A DNA stretch of 64,000 nt from an uncultured Verrucomicrobiae bacterium (GTDB lineage Bacteria; Verrucomicrobiota; Verrucomicrobiia; Opitutales; JABDGR01): the NCBI GenBank assembly GCA_963765205.1, contig CAVXVB010000009.1, positions 256,001 to 320,000 on the forward strand. Direction: 5' to 3'. The notes below the pieces were generated by a model that was given only the letters and a program-made list of their open reading frames with translations, did not search any database and had not been told where the DNA came from. The position numbers were made by a program, and so were the translations under genes. Below are positions 9,308 to 18,484 of the stretch, one piece after another. Positions within the stretch are counted from its first letter, which is position 1. Each line of letters starts with the position of its first letter.

Positions 9308-9904
9308 CTAATGCGTTACCGTCGGCGCGCCTTTGGCTGGTGACGCATCCTTAACCGCCGGCGCAACGACAACCGGGCGCAGGTGGTAGCTTTTCATCAT
9401 TTCATCCAGCAGCGGTTCGCATTTTTTCCAGCCCGGGTCGGGCACCGTCGCTAGGATGGCGTAAATCGTCCCCGGTGGGCCTTGGACGAAATAATAGGCC
9501 TGGCGGTAAATAATCGTCACGGCGGAGGCCGCGTTGGCCGCGAGCGGGTCGGGCATCTTGACGGATAAAACAAATTTCAGGCCGAATTCCTGGTCAGAGG
9601 TTTCAAACGCATCGCGGACGTTGAGCGAGTAGCGCAAGTCCTTGAGCATTTCCTTGATCGTCGCGTCGCCGAGGTCGAAGAGGTCTTTCTGGTCGTGCAG
9701 CGCCTTGATGACGACATAGGGCGAGCGCAGGTCGGTCACTGGGCCGGACAACGTGGGAAAAGGTTTGCCGGTTTCTTGTTTGATTTCCCAACCGGCGGGC
9801 GGCGTGAAGGCGAAGCCCCCGGCCGGGCTGTCGTAAAGCGCCGCGGTGGCGTGGGCGATGCCCGCGCTCCACAGCAGCCACAAAAATACGCGCAGCCGGC
9901 GCAT
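9308..9904 (-). CDS. Secreted hypothetical protein
   Basis: Signal peptide MRRLRVFLWLLWSAGIAHATA; GFAFTPPAGW motif; coupled to carA. Confidence 0.65.
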   Translation of the reverse strand: MRRLRVFLWLLWSAGIAHATAALYDSPAGGFAFTPPAGWEIKQETGKPFPTLSGPVTDLRSPYVVIKALHDQKDLFDLGDATIKEMLKDLRYSLNVRDAFETSDQEFGLKFVLSVKMPDPLAANAASAVTIIYRQAYYFVQGPPGTIYAILATVPDPGWKKCEPLLDEMMKSYHLRPVVVAPAVKDASPAKGAPTVTH

Positions 9905-9905
9905 T

Positions 9906-11069
9906 TCAACCCCGCTGTTGTTGGACCATCTGGTAGAAATTCTCGAAGAGCGGGTCGGCGTCGTTGGGGCCAGGCGCGGCTTCGGGGTGGTATTGGACGG
10001 AGAACACGGGCAGCTCGCGATGGCGCAGGCCCTCGACCGTCTGGTCATTCAGGTTGACCTCCGTGACGATGGCGTTGACCGGGCGGAGTTCCTCCGGGCG
10101 CGAGGCGAAGCCGTGGTTTTGCGCGGTGATCGAGACCTTGCCGGTTTCGAGATTTTTCACCGGCTGGTTGCCGCCGCGATGGCCGAACTTCAATTTGAAC
10201 GTGTGCGCGCCGAGCGCGTGCGTGATGATTTGGTGGCCGAGGCAGATGCCGAAGATCGGGTAGCGCGGCATCAGGGCGTTCACCGTGCGGTGCGCGTAAT
10301 CGAGCGCCGCGGGGTCGCCGGGGCCGTTCGAGAGGAAAATCGCGTCGGGCTGCAATTGGTCCACCTCGGCGGCCGTGGTCGTCGCGGGCACGACCGTGAC
10401 ATCGAAGCCGTGGTAAACGAGTTTGCGCAGGATCGAGCGTTTTGCGCCGTAGTCGAAGGCGGCGACTTTGTAGCGTTTGCGGTCGAGGCGCGGCGGGCAG
10501 AGCTTCGTGCCGCGCACGGTAAACGGCACCTCCTCATGATCAAGCGGCGCAAAGACATAGGGCGCGCGGCAGGTGACATCCTTGACGTAGTCCACGCCGA
10601 TGAGTCCGGGCCATTCGCGCGCGCGGCGCACGGCTTCGGCGTCGCCCAGGCCCTCCGTGCTCAGGCAGGCCTTGAGCACGCCGGTGACGCGCAGTTTCTT
10701 GGTGATCGCGCGCGTGTCCACCCCTTCGAGGCCCGGAATGTTGCTGGCTTTGAGATACTCGTCCACGCTCTGCTTGCTGCGCCAACTGCTCGTGACCGGG
10801 CTGAGTTCGCGGACGACAAAGCCGGCGACCTTCGGCCCGTCGCTCTCGGCGTCGAACGGGTTGATGCCGTAGTTGCCGATTTGCGGCGCGGTCATCGTCA
10901 CGATCTGCGCGAAATACGAAGGGTCGGTGAGAATCTCCTGGTAGCCCGTCATGCTGGTGTTGAAGACGGCCTCGCCGAGGACGGTCCGGCGCGCGCCAAA
11001 GGCCGGCCCGCGAAAGACGCTGCCGTCTTCAAACGCGAGCACGCCGGTCGGTGGGGAAGAGTCAGCCAT
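9906..11069 (-). CDS. carA: Carbamoyl-phosphate synthase small subunit
   Basis: [44 protein letters not shown]. Confidence 0.97.
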   Translation of the reverse strand: MADSSPPTGVLAFEDGSVFRGPAFGARRTVLGEAVFNTSMTGYQEILTDPSYFAQIVTMTAPQIGNYGINPFDAESDGPKVAGFVVRELSPVTSSWRSKQSVDEYLKASNIPGLEGVDTRAITKKLRVTGVLKACLSTEGLGDAEAVRRAREWPGLIGVDYVKDVTCRAPYVFAPLDHEEVPFTVRGTKLCPPRLDRKRYKVAAFDYGAKRSILRKLVYHGFDVTVVPATTTAAEVDQLQPDAIFLSNGPGDPAALDYAHRTVNALMPRYPIFGICLGHQIITHALGAHTFKLKFGHRGGNQPVKNLETGKVSITAQNHGFASRPEELRPVNAIVTEVNLNDQTVEGLRHRELPVFSVQYHPEAAPGPNDADPLFENFYQMVQQQRG

Positions 11070-11281
11070 GGGGTCGAAGAATTAACGCGAACCGCCGCCG
11101 GGCGCAAACAAATTTCCCGCGGCGCGGATAATTATAAAAATGGCCCGCAATCGCGGCTTGCCCCCGCGGCCCGGCGCTTGGCACGGTCAAACTTGTGGGT
11201 TGATATGGGCCCGGGAATGGGTCTAGGATTGCCCCCATACTTGCCTTGTAACCCCGCTTTCCCCAAGTTCCACCCATCCCC

Positions 11282-12109
11282 ATGAAACCCAAAAAACTCC
11301 TCAAAAAACTCGCCAAATGGGAAGAAGACATCGGCTCGCAGCACAAGAAACTGGCCAAGCTGAAACGCAAACTGCCGCGCAAACCCGTCGAGGATTTCAC
11401 CTTCGTTGGCCCGCACGGCCCGGTCACGCTCTCGGCGCTCTTTGGCGGTAAGAAGGATTTGATTGTCGTTCACAACATGGGCGCGGCGTGCAGCTATTGC
11501 ACGATGTGGGCGGATGGGTTCAACGGTGTTTACCCGCACCTGGCCGACCGCGCGGCGTTTGTCGTGGTCTCGCCGGACGCGCCCGCCGCGCAAAAGAAAT
11601 TCGCCGCAAGCCGCGGCTGGCGCTTCCCCATGGTGTCGGGGCGCAAGTCGAAATTCTCCGAGAGCCTGGGCTTCAAGGGCGGCAAGGACGATTGGTGGCC
11701 CGGTGTTTCGACGTTCCAGATGGTGCGCGGCAAGGTCCACCACGTCGCCTCTGCGCCCTTGGGGCCGTTCGACCCATTCTGCAGCGTCTGGCATTTCTTT
11801 GCGCTTCTGGGCGATGGCGCTGACGGCTGGCAGCCGAAATATCGCTACCCGGCCACCACGAAGAAACCCGCGCACAAAGTGAAAAAGAAGGCAAAGCGCA
11901 AGGCGCCCCGCAAGCCAACGCCTAAACCAGCAGCGACTCCGAAGGCTAAATCAGCCCCTAAGCCAATCCCCGCGCCCAAGCCTCAGCCCTTGGTGCGCCG
12001 CGCGCCTCCAGCCGCTCCGCGCGCTTTGCCGGCACCCGCCGTCGTCCCGGCCAGTACCGTGCCCAGCCCCGCCAGCAGCCCCGCCGCGCCGACCGCATCG
12101 GTCCAATAA
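11282..12109 (+). CDS. DUF899 family (thioredoxin-like) protein with Lys/Pro/Ala-rich tail
   Basis: LSALFGGK.DLIVVHNMG..CSYCTMWADGFNG; PFDPFCSVWHFFALL. Confidence 0.8.
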   Translation: MKPKKLLKKLAKWEEDIGSQHKKLAKLKRKLPRKPVEDFTFVGPHGPVTLSALFGGKKDLIVVHNMGAACSYCTMWADGFNGVYPHLADRAAFVVVSPDAPAAQKKFAASRGWRFPMVSGRKSKFSESLGFKGGKDDWWPGVSTFQMVRGKVHHVASAPLGPFDPFCSVWHFFALLGDGADGWQPKYRYPATTKKPAHKVKKKAKRKAPRKPTPKPAATPKAKSAPKPIPAPKPQPLVRRAPPAAPRALPAPAVVPASTVPSPASSPAAPTASVQ

Positions 12110-12339
12110 TAGACATCGCGGCACATTTTGCGGTAGGAAACCAGCCCCGCCTGCCGCAATACGCGCAGGTGGTGAGAGACGGTTGGTTGCGACAAACCCA
12201 GCCGCCGCGCGAGCATGGAGACGTTGTTGCCGTGCTCGCATTCGGCGCCCTGTGGCAACAGTTCCAGGATGCGCAGGCGGACGGGGTCGCCCACGGCCCA
12301 GAGCTGCTTGGCCAGGTCGCTATTGCGGCGGGTTGGCAT
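11983..12339 (-). CDS. ArsR/SmtB family transcriptional regulator
   Basis: AVGDPVRLRILELL..LGLSQPTVSHHLRVLRQAGLV. Confidence 0.88.
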   Translation of the reverse strand: MPTRRNSDLAKQLWAVGDPVRLRILELLPQGAECEHGNNVSMLARRLGLSQPTVSHHLRVLRQAGLVSYRKMCRDVYYWTDAVGAAGLLAGLGTVLAGTTAGAGKARGAAGGARRTKG

Positions 12340-12480
12340 GGAGAAAGATGAAAAGGAGGCCGGAAAAGGTGAACGGAGTGTTAAGAGGCTTTTGCAAAGC
12401 TTTAACGATGATGGCGTTGCGGGTCAAACCCGAAAGTTTTACCCGGCGGGTTACACCCCACCGCCCGCGCCGATTCACGC

Positions 12481-12541
12481 TTGACGGCGGCTGGAAATGT
12501 GGCATATTCATAGACGAATTCATATATTTGAATTCATCAAT
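12481..12541 (+). promoter_or_regulatory. Promoter and inverted-repeat operator upstream of the KamA-family gene
   Basis: TTGACG-16-CATATT followed by ATAGACGAATTCA-6-TGAATTCATCAAT (12510-12541). Confidence 0.55.
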
Positions 12542-12581
12542 ACATTTTTACCGGCTCAACCGGCCGCCTTTTTTCACTACC

Positions 12582-13733
12582 ATGTACCCCCACGATCATC
12601 CCTCGCAGTGGCCCCGCGGCCAGGGCCGCTGGGCCGCCACGCCCGCCGCGCAATGGAACGACTGGCGCTGGCAGTTGCAAAACCGCATCCTCACCGTCGC
12701 GCAATTGGAAGAGCACCTGGAGCTGACCGATGACGAACGCGCGGGCTGCGCCCACGCCAAGGACAAACTCGCTTTTGCCATCACGCCGCACTTTTTTAAT
12801 TTGCTGGACGGCAATGACCCGGCCTGCCCAATCCGCTTGCAGGTGATTCCGCGTGGCGGCGAGCTGGAAATCGCGCCCGAGGAGCGGCTCGACCCCGTCG
12901 GCGAGGAATCGCACATGCCCGTACCGGGGCTGGTGCACCGCTATCCCGACCGCGTGCTGTTTTTGGTCACCGACCGCTGCGCGGCCTATTGCCGCTATTG
13001 CACCCGCAGCCGCCTGGTGTCCAACGCGCAGAATTATGATTTTCATCCCGAGTTCGAGGCCGGCCTCCGCTATATCGCCGAACATACCGAGGTGCGCGAT
13101 GTGCTCCTGAGCGGGGGCGACCCGCTGCTGCTGGCGGACAACAAGCTGGATTACCTGTTGGGCCGCTTGCGGGCGATTCCCCACGTCGAGTTCATCCGCA
13201 TCGGCTCGCGCATCCCGGTGTTCCTGCCGCAGCGCATCACGCCCGCGCTGTGCGACATCTTCAAAAAACACGGGCCGGTTTGGATGAGCATCCACGTCAA
13301 CCACCCGCGCGAATGCACCTGGGAATTGAAGGAGGCGTGCGACCGTCTCTCGTTCGCCGGTGTGCCGCTCGGCAACCAGAGCGTTCTGCTGCGCGGCGTG
13401 AATGACGACGCGGAGACGATGAAGTCGCTCGTGCACCGCCTGCTGCAAATGCGCGTGCGGCCCTATTACCTTTACCAGTGCGACCTCATCACGGGTAGCG
13501 CGCACTTCCGCACCGACCCGCGAGTGGGCGTGGAAATCATCCGCGCGCTGCGCGGCCACACCACCGGCTACGCGGTGCCGCAGTTCGTCATTGATGCGCC
13601 CGGCGGCGGCGGTAAGGTGCCGCTCAACCCGAATTACGTCAAGGAATTCACCGAGAACGAAGTCGTCCTGCGCAATTTTGCGGGCGAGCTTTACGAATAC
13701 CCGCTGCCCGGCGCCGTGTCCGTATGCAAGTAA
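12582..13733 (+). CDS. kamA: KamA family radical SAM aminomutase (lysine 2,3-aminomutase-like)
   Basis: WNDWRWQLQNRI, LVHRYPDRVL, CAAYCRYC, SGGDPL, VIDAPGGGGK. Confidence 0.85.
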   Translation: MYPHDHPSQWPRGQGRWAATPAAQWNDWRWQLQNRILTVAQLEEHLELTDDERAGCAHAKDKLAFAITPHFFNLLDGNDPACPIRLQVIPRGGELEIAPEERLDPVGEESHMPVPGLVHRYPDRVLFLVTDRCAAYCRYCTRSRLVSNAQNYDFHPEFEAGLRYIAEHTEVRDVLLSGGDPLLLADNKLDYLLGRLRAIPHVEFIRIGSRIPVFLPQRITPALCDIFKKHGPVWMSIHVNHPRECTWELKEACDRLSFAGVPLGNQSVLLRGVNDDAETMKSLVHRLLQMRVRPYYLYQCDLITGSAHFRTDPRVGVEIIRALRGHTTGYAVPQFVIDAPGGGGKVPLNPNYVKEFTENEVVLRNFAGELYEYPLPGAVSVCK

Positions 13734-13764
13734 AGAGGGATTCTATCTTAAATATTCAAGGCCA

Positions 13765-13889
13765 TTCACCGCCAAGACGCAAAGAACGCAAAGGAAGTTT
13801 TTTTGACGGAATCACTCCCGGCATTTCATGCCTGGGTGAATCGAATTAACAAAATTCATTCTTTGCGCCCTTCGCGCCTTGGCGGTGAA
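13765..13889. repeat. Inverted pair of a 29-bp REP-like repeat (TTCACCGCCAAGACGCAAAGAACGCAAAG); single copies at 20378-20406 and 50832-50860
   Basis: Direct sequence comparison; lies between convergent genes. Confidence 0.75.
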
Positions 13890-13914
13890 AACGAGCCTTC
13901 ATTCAAGCCCGCAG

Positions 13915-14481
13915 CTACTTTTTCTTCTTTTTCCCGGCCAGCAATTGCTCGACGCGGCGCACGATGTCCGCCACCGGCGCGAGCTTGCCCTCGCCTTCGT
14001 AACCGCAGGCCAGCACGCCCGCGGTTGGGTCAACGAAATGGTGGCCGCGCGCGCGGAGCGTGGCGAGGTTGGCCTGGGTCGCGGGGTGGGCGAGCATTTT
14101 GCCGTTCATGGCGGGCGCGATCATCACCGGCGCGGGCGTGGCCAGGTAAATCGCCGTGAGCAAATCGGGCGCGAGGCCGTGCGCGAAGCACGCCAGGATG
14201 TTGGCCGTGGCGGGCGCGACGAGCAGCAGGTCGGCCTGGTCGGCCAGTTCGATGTGCCCCGGCTGCCAGCCCTTGCCCTCCTCCCACAAATCCACGCCGA
14301 CCGGATGGCGCGAGAGCACCTGGAGCGTCAGCGGCGCGATGATCTGCGTGGCCTCCTTGGTCATGACCACGAAGACGCCCGCGCCGAGCTTGGTCAGCTC
14401 GGAGGCAATATCCGCGGCCTTGTAAGCGGCAATGGAGCCGGTCACGCCGAGGATGATGGTCTGGCCGTCGAGGGAGGGCAT
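13915..14481 (-). CDS. coaC: Stand-alone phosphopantothenoylcysteine decarboxylase (HFCD flavoprotein)
   Basis: LGVTGSIAAYKA, HIELAD, APATAN, APAMN, LACG. Confidence 0.85.
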   Translation of the reverse strand: MPSLDGQTIILGVTGSIAAYKAADIASELTKLGAGVFVVMTKEATQIIAPLTLQVLSRHPVGVDLWEEGKGWQPGHIELADQADLLLVAPATANILACFAHGLAPDLLTAIYLATPAPVMIAPAMNGKMLAHPATQANLATLRARGHHFVDPTAGVLACGYEGEGKLAPVADIVRRVEQLLAGKKKKK

Positions 14482-14562
14482 TAGAACATCTTACCACGTC
14501 AGCCAGAGTGCTCAAGCGGAAAGCCGAAGGAACTTATCTGCCGGTATAAACTAAGCCAAGGT

Positions 14563-14769
14563 ATGCTCATGGGCAAAGTCCGTCGTGGCGGCTACATCAT
14601 CATTTGGTGGAAAGGCGACCATGAGCCGCGGCATGTGCATGTCCGAACGAGCAGCGGGCGGAAATTGGGCCGCCTCAATCTTTCCACGATGCAAGGCATG
14701 GAAGGCTGGACTCCCGACCGGAAACTTGTTGTAATCATCGAAGAATTGAAACAGGAAGGCCGCGTATGA
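14563..14769 (+). CDS. DUF4160-type putative toxin
   Basis: GDHEPRHVHV motif; ATGA overlap with the partner gene. Confidence 0.7.
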   Translation: MLMGKVRRGGYIIIWWKGDHEPRHVHVRTSSGRKLGRLNLSTMQGMEGWTPDRKLVVIIEELKQEGRV

Positions 14770-15074
14770 AAACCAACCTAGCCCTCAAAAAGCCCTTCGG
14801 CACCGCGCGCATGGTGGATATCGCCCATGTGCGCTATTTGGCTTGGGAGGACGCCTTCGACGTGGAATTTGAGGACGGTTTGTCGTTTCTCGAGCCGCAT
14901 GCAACCATCAGGAAAGCCAATCGCATATCCGCCAAAGCCGTGCCGGTGGAAGTGGTGCTCGACGCTGAAACACACAGCGGCTTCGAGGTGCGCTACGATA
15001 CCGGCGAGACGGCCGAAGTTTCGTGGGCGTTTATTCGCGAGTTGCCGCCGAAGAAGCAGGCCGGAAAAAATTAG
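14766..15074 (+). CDS. DUF2442-like putative antitoxin
   Basis: I.HVRYL...FDVEFEDG; coupled to the DUF4160 gene. Confidence 0.55.
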   Translation: MKTNLALKKPFGTARMVDIAHVRYLAWEDAFDVEFEDGLSFLEPHATIRKANRISAKAVPVEVVLDAETHSGFEVRYDTGETAEVSWAFIRELPPKKQAGKN

Positions 15075-15148
15075 CTTTTGTGGCGACGTTTGGCTAATTT
15101 TTTCTTCGCGACTTCCAAGTCCAAGAACTTGGCTTTACCTGCATTGAC

Positions 15149-15355
15149 TTAAAATTCCGATTTGGCTAACGCCTTGGCATGTCGCTTCTTCGACAAGGAT
15201 GACATTTTTGCTCTACCCAAACCCCGTTTCCTAAAGTTGTGTTTCCGGATTGGCCCCAGAAAGTATAATTCCTTTCCTTGTGAAATTGCTTTTCGCATCT
15301 TTGCCTCCCACGCTTTGCAAATTCTTTTGCCAAGTGGTATTGGCTTCGAACTCAT
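15149..15355 (-). CDS. Small basic hypothetical protein
   Basis: MSSKPIPLGKR...; ATGA overlap with the upstream ORF; AT-rich. Confidence 0.35.
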   Translation of the reverse strand: MSSKPIPLGKRICKAWEAKMRKAISQGKELYFLGPIRKHNFRKRGLGRAKMSSLSKKRHAKALAKSEF

Positions 15356-15573
15356 TTGCGCCAAGTATTCATAGAAATACCCATGCTCCGAATGTAGAAT
15401 AGGCATTTCATAACCTTGTCCTCCCATTCTTTCCACTTGTCAGGGTGCATCTTTTTGCGTGCGAATAAAAATCCCGAAACAAGGAAGCACCTCATCTCGC
15501 CAATTCCAAAAATACCATCACCAAGCTCCCATCCATCACGCACACAGTGCGCCCAAAAATATAGAAAAGACAT
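15352..15573 (-). CDS. Small hypothetical protein
   Basis: 73-aa AT-rich ORF. Confidence 0.35.
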   Translation of the reverse strand: MSFLYFWAHCVRDGWELGDGIFGIGEMRCFLVSGFLFARKKMHPDKWKEWEDKVMKCLFYIRSMGISMNTWRK

Positions 15574-15761
15574 GATGCATCGGCATGGGAATTGACCCCC
15601 GCGCCGTAAAGCCCAAGTTTAGGGGGCGTCTTACATGCGTCAATGGTATAATTCCGTTAAAAAATATCGCAAGCAGAAGAAATAATGAAACAAGGGAGTT
15701 GTTTTGGACCCAATTTTGCTCGTTGACGAATTTGGATTTGTTGCTATGGTTAGTTTATTCA

Positions 15762-15830
15762 ATGACCACGCGCGCCCAGAACGCCCTGCTGCTGCTTGCT
15801 CTGCTCCGACTCCCCGGGCGGGGAGCCTAA
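15762..15830 (+). promoter_or_regulatory. leuA leader peptide (MTTRAQNALLLLALLRLPGRGA) / attenuator
   Basis: 7 Leu in 9 codons; alternative GC stems and a T5 tract at 15853-15857; upstream TTGACG..TATGGT/TAGTTT. Confidence 0.8.
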
Positions 15831-16064
15831 TCGCGCGCGTGGCGGCCCCGCCTTTTTGCGGCCGTGGTTGGAATGCCCTGGTTTCTGGCCGTTGGCCGGG
15901 TTGGTCTTGGCGTAAAGCCCAGGGCGGGCACAGCAAGTGTGCGCCCCTACAACCGACAATCCTTCTACGCGGTGGCCGAGCGTTGACCGTGCCAGTTTGC
16001 GAGGTCGTTGATTTCCGGCTTCTTATTTCATCATTCGTAATTCATCATTCACTACTTCCCCTTT

Positions 16065-17771
16065 ATGCAACACGGTTCGATCACCAAATACCGTCCGGTG
16101 CCCCATGTGGTCTTAAAAGACCGCACCTGGCCGGACCAGACCCACACGCGCGCGCCCATCTGGTGCAGCGTGGATTTGCGCGACGGCAACCAGGCCCTCG
16201 CCACCCCGATGAACGTCGAGGACAAACTCAAATACTTCGCGCTGCTGGTCAAGCTGGGCTTCAAGGAAATCGAGGGCGGATTTCCCTCGGCGTCGGACAT
16301 CGAGTTCGCCTTCATCCGGCGCTTGATTGACGAGCAGCGCATCCCCGACGGCGTGTGGATTCAGGTGCTGACGCAGGCGCGCGAGCATTTGATCCGCCGC
16401 ACCTTTGAGAGCCTGCGCGGGGCCAGGCAGGCCATCGTCCACCTCTACAATTCGACCTCGGCGCTCCAGCGCAAAATCACCTTCGGCGACGCGTCGCGCG
16501 AGCAGATCAAGGACATCGCCGTCCAGGGCACGAAGCTGGTGAAGGAGTTGGCGCAGGAGCTGGAGGCGGCAGGCACGCGCGTGCGTTTCGAGTATTCGCC
16601 CGAGTCGTTCACCGACACCGAGCCGGACTTTGCGCTCGACGTATGCGAGGCGGTCATGGACGTGTGGCAGCCGACCGCGCAGGACCCGATCATCCTGAAC
16701 TTGCCCGCGACGGTCGAATACTTCACCCCGAACATCCACGCCGACCAAATCGAGTGGTTCGGGCGCGAATTGAAAAAGCACGGCCGGCGCGAGCGGGTGC
16801 TGATCAGCCTGCACACGCACAACGACCGCGGCACGGGCATCGCGGCGACGGAGCTGGCCTTGCTGGCCGGCGCGGACCGCGTCGAGGGCACGCTCTTCGG
16901 CAACGGCGAGCGCACGGGCAACCTCGACATCGTGACGGTCGCGCTGAACCTCTACACGCAGGGCATTGACCCGGGGCTGGACTTTTCCGACCTGCCCACG
17001 TTGCGCACGATTTACGAAATGCTGACGCGCATGGAGGTGCCCGCGCGCTGGCCGTATGCGGGGGACTTGGTGTTCACGGCGTTTTCCGGCTCGCACCAGG
17101 ACGCGATCAAGAAGGGCATGGACCGCCGCCGCGCCGCGCACGCGCAGCCCTTCGACCACTGGGAGGTGCCCTATTTGCCGATTGACCCGCAGGACATCGG
17201 CAGAAATTACGAGGCGATCATTCGCATCAACTCGCAAAGCGGCAAGGGCGGCGTGGCCTATGTCCTGCACGCGGAGTTTGGGTTGGATTTGCCGAAGCTG
17301 ATGCACCCGGAAATCGGCGCGGCCGTGAACACAGCGGCGGACAAACTGGCGCGCGAGCTGACGCCGGCGGAAATCAAAAGCCTCTTCGACCAAATGTATC
17401 TGGGCGCGAACCGGCCATTGCAGCTCGAGGACTACGACGTGCATGCCGATCCGGCGAGCAAGCACCAGTTCAACCTGGTCGGGCGCGTGCAATGGCTGGG
17501 CATGGCGCGGGAGATTCATGGCTCGGGCAACGGGCCGATCAACGCGTTTGTGCAGGCGCTGGGCAGCCAGGGCTGGAAAAATTTCCGCGTGCTCGACTAC
17601 CGCTCGCACGCCATCGGCGTTGGCTCTGCCACGGACTCGGCGGCCTATGTGCTCATCGAGCGCGAGAGCGACCGCGCGAAGTTCTGGGGCTGCGGCATAG
17701 ACACAAACATTGAGCAAGCGGGGTTGCTGGCGCTGGTCAGCGCGTTTAACCGGGCGTGGGAGGGGAAGTAG
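16065..17771 (+). CDS. leuA: 2-isopropylmalate synthase
   Basis: WCSVDLRDGNQAL, FEYSPESFT, HTHNDRG, GTLFGNGERTGN, AFSGSHQDAIKKG. Confidence 0.96.
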   Translation: MQHGSITKYRPVPHVVLKDRTWPDQTHTRAPIWCSVDLRDGNQALATPMNVEDKLKYFALLVKLGFKEIEGGFPSASDIEFAFIRRLIDEQRIPDGVWIQVLTQAREHLIRRTFESLRGARQAIVHLYNSTSALQRKITFGDASREQIKDIAVQGTKLVKELAQELEAAGTRVRFEYSPESFTDTEPDFALDVCEAVMDVWQPTAQDPIILNLPATVEYFTPNIHADQIEWFGRELKKHGRRERVLISLHTHNDRGTGIAATELALLAGADRVEGTLFGNGERTGNLDIVTVALNLYTQGIDPGLDFSDLPTLRTIYEMLTRMEVPARWPYAGDLVFTAFSGSHQDAIKKGMDRRRAAHAQPFDHWEVPYLPIDPQDIGRNYEAIIRINSQSGKGGVAYVLHAEFGLDLPKLMHPEIGAAVNTAADKLARELTPAEIKSLFDQMYLGANRPLQLEDYDVHADPASKHQFNLVGRVQWLGMAREIHGSGNGPINAFVQALGSQGWKNFRVLDYRSHAIGVGSATDSAAYVLIERESDRAKFWGCGIDTNIEQAGLLALVSAFNRAWEGK

Positions 17772-17864
17772 GAGGGGGGTAAAGGGACTGAGGCACTGAG
17801 GCCTCGAGTTGGCGTATCTTTTTATTTGCCATTTTACTCCGCCGGGTAATTGGATGGCGTTGGC

Positions 17865-18320
17865 ATGAAAAACAAAATCACTCCTTTTCTCTGGTTCGAC
17901 GACAACGCCGAGGCGGCGATGAAGTTTTATGTCTCGGTGTTCAAGAAGGCCAGGATCACCTGCCTCCAACGCCGCGGGAAAAAGATGTTCCTGGGGGCGT
18001 TCGAGGTGGATGGGCAGCGGTTTATGGCGCTCAACGGCGGTCCGCATTTCAAGATCACCCCGGCCATTTCATTTTTCGTGAATTGCACGACGCAGGGGGA
18101 AGTGGACCGGTTGTGGAAGAATCTCTCGAAGGGCGGGAAAAAGAAACCCTGCGGCTGGCTCGAGGACAAGTTTGGCGTGTCCTGGCAAATCATCCCGACC
18201 ACCCTGGGCCGGCTGTTGAGCGATCCCGATCCGGTCAAGTCGGCCCAGGTCATGCAGGCCATGTTGAAAATGTCGAAAATTGACATCAAGGCCTTGCAGC
18301 GGGCCTACGCGGGGATGTAA
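17865..18320 (+). CDS. VOC family protein (PhnB / 3-demethylubiquinone-9 3-methyltransferase-like)
   Basis: KITPFLWFD..AEAAM.FY; FMALNGGPHF; CGWLEDKFGVSWQI. Confidence 0.88.
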   Translation: MKNKITPFLWFDDNAEAAMKFYVSVFKKARITCLQRRGKKMFLGAFEVDGQRFMALNGGPHFKITPAISFFVNCTTQGEVDRLWKNLSKGGKKKPCGWLEDKFGVSWQIIPTTLGRLLSDPDPVKSAQVMQAMLKMSKIDIKALQRAYAGM

Positions 18321-18420
18321 GAAGCAACTGTATCGGGAGGAACGGAGGAACGAAGGAACAAAGCCGCGGAGGCACTGAGGCGCTGAGTTGGGCACGGCAT
18401 TGGGTCAAAGCAAGTTGACC

Positions 18421-18472
18421 CAAAAATGTTTGTGACAAGGCAAATTGACACAAACTTTTTTGTTGTTAGCCT
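18421..18472 (+). promoter_or_regulatory. Inverted-repeat operator overlapping the fic promoter
   Basis: CAAAAATGTTTGTGACAA / TTGACACAAACTTTTTTG (16/18 complementary); the right arm contains TTGACA. Confidence 0.55.
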
Positions 18473-18484
18473 CCTTGACACAAG

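Larger units (their letters stand above)
5022..9354 (+). pseudogene. DUF2971-like gene split by the IS1595 element (5' part 5022-5448, 3' part 8948-9354)
   Basis: FNDPFE and LMWAHYA..H.GFVI in the 5' half; V.Y and K..AWSYENEVRF in the 3' half; removing the element and one TSD restores one 277-aa frame (QLN|CDSSLFLSLIQ). Confidence 0.85.
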
